From: Bacteroidota bacterium
GTDB lineage: Bacteria > Bacteroidota > Bacteroidia > Flavobacteriales > Flavobacteriaceae
Reading direction: 5' to 3'
DNA: 48,471 nucleotides
Assembly (NCBI GenBank): GCA_039815505.1
Contig: JBCBZE010000001.1
Coordinates: forward strand, 1-48,471
Shown one piece after another: positions 44,114-48,471 of the stretch (position 1 is the first letter of the stretch; every line of letters begins with the position of its first letter). The position numbers and the translations under genes were made by a program. Under the pieces are notes generated by a model. The model was not told the origin of the DNA and searched no databases. It was given only the letters and a program-made list of their open reading frames with translations.

Positions 44114-45667
44114 CTACAAATCAAATTTGATTCCTTGTGCCAAAGGCAACTCAGAGGTGTAATTAATGGTATTGGTTTGTCTACGCATATATATTTTCCA
44201 GGCATCCGATCCAGATTCGCGACCCCCTCCTGTTTCTTTTTCACCACCAAAAGCACCACCAATTTCGGCGCCGGAAGTGCCAATGTTTACGTTGGCTATA
44301 CCGCAATCACTACCTGAGGCGGAAAGAAAGCGTTCCGCTTCCTTAAGATTATTTGTCATAATGGCGGACGAGAGTCCTTGCACCACACCATTTTGCATAG
44401 CAATGGCATTTTCAATAGTGCCCGAATATTTTAAAAGGTATAAAATAGGGGCAAAGGTTTCATGTTGCACAATTTCAAAGGCGTTTTTGGCTTCGGCAAT
44501 AGCAGGCTTTACATAACAACCACTTTCATATCCTTCACCTTTTAGGGTGCCCCCTTCAACAATAAGTTTTCCACCCTCATCCACAACTTTCACCAATGCA
44601 TCTTTGTACATTTGTACTGCATCCGTATCTATTAATGGGCCTACATGATTATTTTCATCCAGCGGATTTCCAATTTTCAATTGCGTATAGGCAGTTGCGA
44701 TAGCACTTTTTACTTTTTCATATATGGAATCATGGATAATCAACCTTCTCGTAGAAGTACAGCGTTGCCCTGCAGTACCCACCGCACCGAAAACAGCCCC
44801 GATGACCGTCATTTTAATATCTGCGTCCGGAGTTACGATAATGGCATTGTTTCCGCCCAATTCCAATAGGGATTTTCCCAAGCGAGCTGCAACCGCCTGT
44901 GCAACTATTTTTCCCATCCGTATGGAACCAGTGGCCGAAACCAAAGGGATTCGTTTATCATGGGTCATGAATTCACCTACTTTATAATCTCCATTGATTA
45001 GGCATGAAATCCCTTCCGGTAAACCGTTTGCGCTAAAGACTTCCGCAGCAATACGTTGACACGCTATTCCGCACAAAGGTGTTTTTTCAGATGGTTTCCA
45101 GACACAGACGTCTCCACAAATCCAGGCCAAGGCCGTATTCCACGCCCAGACTGCAACGGGAAAATTAAATGCGGAAATAATACCTACTATCCCTAAAGGG
45201 TGATATTGTTCGTACATTCTATGCCCCGGTCTTTCAGAATGCATCGTCAATCCGTGCAGCTGTCTGGAGAGTCCAACCGCAAAATCACAAATGTCTATCA
45301 TCTCTTGAACCTCTCCCAGACCTTCTTGGTAGGATTTACCCATTTCGTAAGAAACCAATTTTCCCAACGGTTCTTTTAATTCGCGAAGTTTATCCCCAAA
45401 CTGCCTAACGATCTCTCCGCGTTGTGGGGCCGGTTTTTTATGCCAAACAAGAAACGCCTCAACGGCTTTTGCCATTACTTTCTCGTAATCATTTTTTGTG
45501 GTACCCTTTACTTTTGCAATTAAAGCACCATCCACCGGGGAGTATGACTCTAGAATTTCTCCAGAAGAAAAATGTTCCAAGCCTGCAGCTGTTCCGTTGT
45601 TTATGTCATGAATGCCAAGTTGATTTAAGGCGTCTTGAATTCCAAATGCTGTTATTTTTTTTGACAT
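44114..45667 (-). CDS. Aldehyde dehydrogenase, ALDH7 (antiquitin / aminoadipate-semialdehyde dehydrogenase)-like
   Basis: 517 aa. Contains catalytic ELGGNNA and GQRCTSTRR. The long stretch GEVQEMIDICDFAVGLSRQL...FNFPVAVWAWN matches the ALDH7 pattern by eye. Confidence 0.85.
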   Translation of the reverse strand: MSKKITAFGIQDALNQLGIHDINNGTAAGLEHFSSGEILESYSPVDGALIAKVKGTTKNDYEKVMAKAVEAFLVWHKKPAPQRGEIVRQFGDKLRELKEPLGKLVSYEMGKSYQEGLGEVQEMIDICDFAVGLSRQLHGLTMHSERPGHRMYEQYHPLGIVGIISAFNFPVAVWAWNTALAWICGDVCVWKPSEKTPLCGIACQRIAAEVFSANGLPEGISCLINGDYKVGEFMTHDKRIPLVSATGSIRMGKIVAQAVAARLGKSLLELGGNNAIIVTPDADIKMTVIGAVFGAVGTAGQRCTSTRRLIIHDSIYEKVKSAIATAYTQLKIGNPLDENNHVGPLIDTDAVQMYKDALVKVVDEGGKLIVEGGTLKGEGYESGCYVKPAIAEAKNAFEIVQHETFAPILYLLKYSGTIENAIAMQNGVVQGLSSAIMTNNLKEAERFLSASGSDCGIANVNIGTSGAEIGGAFGGEKETGGGRESGSDAWKIYMRRQTNTINYTSELPLAQGIKFDL

Positions 45668-45764
45668 TTTATAACTTTTTAGGTCTGGATTGTTAAATTT
45701 TATGCAAAGCTACAAATAACGGCTAACTAAATCCGAAATGGAACAAAAGAAATGTTCCTTAAAA

Positions 45765-46127
45765 TTATGGTATAAGAATAAGCAGGATAGCTATTAACGC
45801 AGGAAGCGCCTGTACAAAGAATATTTTACGTTCCGCCGTTAGCGCGCCATATATTCCGGCAATGGCGACACAGGACAAAAAGAACAAGGAAACATTTGTT
45901 TTCCAAACAGGGTTACCTATGAAGAAAGACCAAATAAGACCTGCAGCCAAAAAGCCGTTATACAGTCCTTGATTGGCCGCCATTTCTTTGGTTTGATGAA
46001 ACAGTTCTTTTGGAAATTTCCGAAAAACCTTTCTACCCCTTGTGGTCCAGGCAAACATCTCGAACCATAGAATATATATATGTATCAAGGCAATGAACCC
46101 TATTATAATCTCTTTAGTGATTTCCAT
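45765..46127 (-). CDS. DUF1304 family membrane protein
   Basis: Contains HIYILWFEMFAWTTRGRKVF...ANQGLYNGFLAAGLIW, typical of DUF1304. The ATG at 46127 lies 1 nt after the 3-HAO stop, and the track start at 46157 would overlap it. Confidence 0.75.
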   Translation of the reverse strand: MEITKEIIIGFIALIHIYILWFEMFAWTTRGRKVFRKFPKELFHQTKEMAANQGLYNGFLAAGLIWSFFIGNPVWKTNVSLFFLSCVAIAGIYGALTAERKIFFVQALPALIAILLILIP

Positions 46128-46128
46128 A

Positions 46129-46668
46129 TTAATCTTTGGATATAAATCGTTCGTCAACAGGCATTATAGTACCGCAATTGTTACAGGTACGTAATTCTTT
46201 GGAACCATAAAAATGCTTAAAATGGCCCAAGAAGTCTTTTTCAATATCGTTGAGAGTAAAATAGGCCTCGTACAATTTATGGTTGCAATTATCGCAAAAC
46301 CAAAGTAGTCCGTCATCAACATTCATTTGGTTTCGCTTTCGCTCTATGACCAAACCTATGGAACCTTTATGTCTTACCGGGGAGTGCGGTACTTTTGCAG
46401 GGTGCAAATACATGTCTCCCGGACCCAATTCCATCGTCTTTTTTACCCCGTCTTCTTGAATATGTACTTCAATGGTACCCTCTAGTTGATAAAAAAGCTC
46501 TTCGGTTTCATTATAGTGATAATCTTTTCTGGCATTTGGTCCTGCCACTATCATGACAATATAATCACCGGCATCCCTGTATAAATTTTTGTTCCCAACA
46601 GGCGGTTTAAGAAGATTTCTGTTTTCCCCTATCCATTTGTTAAGGTTAAAGGGTGGTTTTATAGCCAT
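46129..46668 (-). CDS. nbaC: 3-hydroxyanthranilate 3,4-dioxygenase
   Basis: 179 aa. Contains FNLNKWIGENRNLLKPPVGN, a cupin core (DYHYNETEELFYQLEG...PHSP), and a C-terminal CxxC...CxxC rubredoxin-like site. Confidence 0.88.
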   Translation of the reverse strand: MAIKPPFNLNKWIGENRNLLKPPVGNKNLYRDAGDYIVMIVAGPNARKDYHYNETEELFYQLEGTIEVHIQEDGVKKTMELGPGDMYLHPAKVPHSPVRHKGSIGLVIERKRNQMNVDDGLLWFCDNCNHKLYEAYFTLNDIEKDFLGHFKHFYGSKELRTCNNCGTIMPVDERFISKD

Positions 46669-46721
46669 GATCGTTTTGTTGTTATGGCTAATTTAAGAAA
46701 AGAAAACGGCTTTGGGGAAAC

Positions 46722-47207
46722 CTATCTGTAGAACAGTTGCGTAAAGTAAAGATTACCATCCCCATCTTTCTTGACACTAACTGCAGTATGTGTAAAATCA
46801 CCCTCCATCGTTTTTTTATGGCTAGAGCTATCCAACCATCCTTGAAAAGCTTGCGAAGCATCTGCATAATCCTTGGCCACATTTTCAGCGACCGTTTCGG
46901 CGTTCACCTCCGAACTAATCCCAGATGCCCTTGCAGAAAAATTATCATGACTTAAGCTGCCCTTGGAAATCATATAGTCCGTATGCGCACTGGCATAAGG
47001 GTAGGCTATGGAACTATACGCCAAAGCATTTTGCCCTAAGGAAGTCCTGTGACTATTCACAATAGCCAATAATTCCTGTTCTATAGTAACGATATTTACA
47101 GCTTCGGGGACGACTTCCTCGAATGCTGGATCTACTGATTCCGTGCTACATGCACTAACAATATATAATAGTATAACTGAGGCAATACCGCGCATTTTCA
47201 TTTTCAT
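46722..47207 (-). CDS. CAP (SCP/PR-1-like) domain lipoprotein
   Basis: 161 aa. Has the lipobox IVSACS and the CAP-like motifs HRTSLGQNAL, SHDNF and GWLDSSSHKKTM. Confidence 0.75.
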   Translation of the reverse strand: MKMKMRGIASVILLYIVSACSTESVDPAFEEVVPEAVNIVTIEQELLAIVNSHRTSLGQNALAYSSIAYPYASAHTDYMISKGSLSHDNFSARASGISSEVNAETVAENVAKDYADASQAFQGWLDSSSHKKTMEGDFTHTAVSVKKDGDGNLYFTQLFYR

Positions 47208-47589
47208 ACAGTGTCCTATTTGCCATAAATAGAAAAGTGGAAGAATGGGGATATTCTTGGTTATCTATGCTATAAGTAGAATGGGGAGAGATGGGGGTTC
47301 TCGTATGTATCGATTTAGAAAAATCAATGCGGTAATATTAGAGAAATTATTGGGACGGACGACCATAAAAACGTTTTTTTCGACCATCTACATCATTTTA
47401 TAACATATTGTAATCTAAAAGAGACATGGTTTATAATCCTTGTGAACAAACTTTTCAGCGATATAAAAACAGAATCGGTGAGCGATATCTTTGCATGGAA
47501 TATTAGTACGATACGGCATAAAGTTTCACTGTAGCCGGGGAGTTTGGATTCCCATAAACCTACTATATTTACATATATAAATACGTACC

Positions 47590-48471
47590 ATGAAAATGAA
47601 ATCTTTACGATACGGTCTCATTATTATTGCCTTTATGGCTTGCTCCAAGAAAAATGATGCCCATAAAAGCTCATTTGACGACCTCACCAAATACCAAGAA
47701 TACATTAGCGAAGTTTCCCATGGTATTATATCTGCCAAAAGCGATATCAGGGTGGTTTTTAACCAATCTTTGGAATCGTGGGAAAAGGGAGATGAATTAG
47801 ACAAGGACCTTTTCCGTATTTGGCCAAGCACCAAAGGAAAGGTGGTGGCTTTGGACAAGCGTACAATTGCCTTTGTTCCCGAAACTCGTTTTAAACAGGA
47901 TACGGAATACAAGCTTACCTTGGCACTAAAGGAGATTATAGCCAATGTACCCAAGGAGCTTCAGAAACTCACTTTTGGGATAAGGACCTTGAAACAGCAA
48001 TTTAATGTCTATACCAATCCTTTGCAGTCGTATTCCAAGGAGCATCAGTACATAGAAGGACAATTGAGAAGTGCGGATCAATTAACATTGGACAATGTTA
48101 AAAAATTGGTCAAAGCAACACAGAAAGGAAAATCGATAACAATAAAATTTGATGAAACTGTAGACGAGGGAACTCAATTCCATTTTAAAATAGATAGTAT
48201 AAAACGCTATACAGACGATTCTGAACTAGAGGTCTCTTGGAGTGGCTCCAAGTTTGATATAGAGAGTTCCGGCAAGAACTCCATTACAATTCCCGGCAAG
48301 AACAACTTTACGGTGATGGGGGTATCCGTAGACGTTTCAGAGAATAGAACTGTGCTTATTAATTTTTCGGACCCGCTTAAAAGAGACCAGAATTTTAAAG
48401 GTCTTGTTGTTTTGGAAGGTGAGGACGCGCCTAGATACTCCACGGATGGAAATACCTTAAAAATGTATCCC
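47590..48471 (+). CDS. Alpha-2-macroglobulin-family (YfaS-like) lipoprotein, N-terminal fragment (3' end outside window)
   Basis: The frame runs from the ATG at 47590 through the window end (294 codons) and is not in the ORF track. Has the lipobox IIIAFMACSKK. The N-terminal pattern YQEYISEVSHGIISAKSDIRVVF is typical of Bacteroidota A2M-like proteins. Confidence 0.6.
   Translation, partial: MKMKSLRYGLIIIAFMACSKKNDAHKSSFDDLTKYQEYISEVSHGIISAKSDIRVVFNQSLESWEKGDELDKDLFRIWPSTKGKVVALDKRTIAFVPETRFKQDTEYKLTLALKEIIANVPKELQKLTFGIRTLKQQFNVYTNPLQSYSKEHQYIEGQLRSADQLTLDNVKKLVKATQKGKSITIKFDETVDEGTQFHFKIDSIKRYTDDSELEVSWSGSKFDIESSGKNSITIPGKNNFTVMGVSVDVSENRTVLINFSDPLKRDQNFKGLVVLEGEDAPRYSTDGNTLKMYP

Noticed and set aside
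47208-47589. 382-bp divergent intergenic region containing a 55-codon ORF (ATG near 47244) and a short string similar to part of the sRNA-like repeat (GCTATAAGTAGA against GCATAAGTAGG).
   Set aside because: The ORF is short, has no motif and has an odd composition. The similarity to the repeat is about 10 nt with mismatches and lacks the hairpin and the rest of the block. Most likely this region holds only the promoters for the CAP and A2M-like genes.

Overview
This 48.5-kb window looks like core chromosome from an AT-rich member of the Bacteroidota, most likely Flavobacteriaceae. The evidence is an IPExxxVDY-family gene next to pyk, acpP-fabF-rnc synteny, a complete Bat/MoxR aerotolerance-type operon, and TAnnTTTG-type -7 boxes. 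All family calls come from motifs read by eye in the supplied translations. No searches were run.

Coding density is high and most genes are housekeeping or ordinary accessory metabolism:
- a truncated sod 3' end, and purF / PfkB kinase / RNase HI / purN on the minus strand
- acpP-fabF-rnc, IPExxxVDY-pyk, and a short PAS protein
- an AraC regulator with an AhpD-like protein and a cupredoxin-like protein
- a TetR-SDR pair, dinB, and a small NAD(P)H-binding / CYTH / YciI-like operon
- a Tat-signal aminotransferase with an AEC permease, and pheS
- a SulP / beta-carbonic anhydrase / SulP cluster
- the 8-gene MoxR-DUF58-BatD-like-BatABCDE operon
- an AKR, an AlbA_2 (Schlafen-like) orphan, and a fructokinase-like PfkB
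- an SPFH / zinc-ribbon / PPP-phosphatase cassette
- a soluble acyl-ACP desaturase, an HhH membrane protein with an OmpA-family protein, and an ALDH7-like dehydrogenase
- 3-hydroxyanthranilate dioxygenase with a DUF1304 protein, a CAP-domain lipoprotein, and the 5' end of an alpha-2-macroglobulin-like lipoprotein

I found no tRNA or rRNA genes, CRISPR arrays, transposases, integrases or recognisable defence islands.

The most unusual structures are:
1. Three tandem ~70-nt small-RNA-like units (325-826, minus strand). Each has its own -7 box and intrinsic terminator, and the stems show compensatory changes.
2. A translationally coupled SPFH(GYF_2) / double-zinc-ribbon membrane protein / metallophosphatase cassette (38187-41166).
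3. A Tat-exported HisC-like aminotransferase coupled to an AEC permease.
4. The mechanistically unexplained Bat/MoxR operon, which here has an enlarged third gene.

None of these is proven to be novel from sequence alone.
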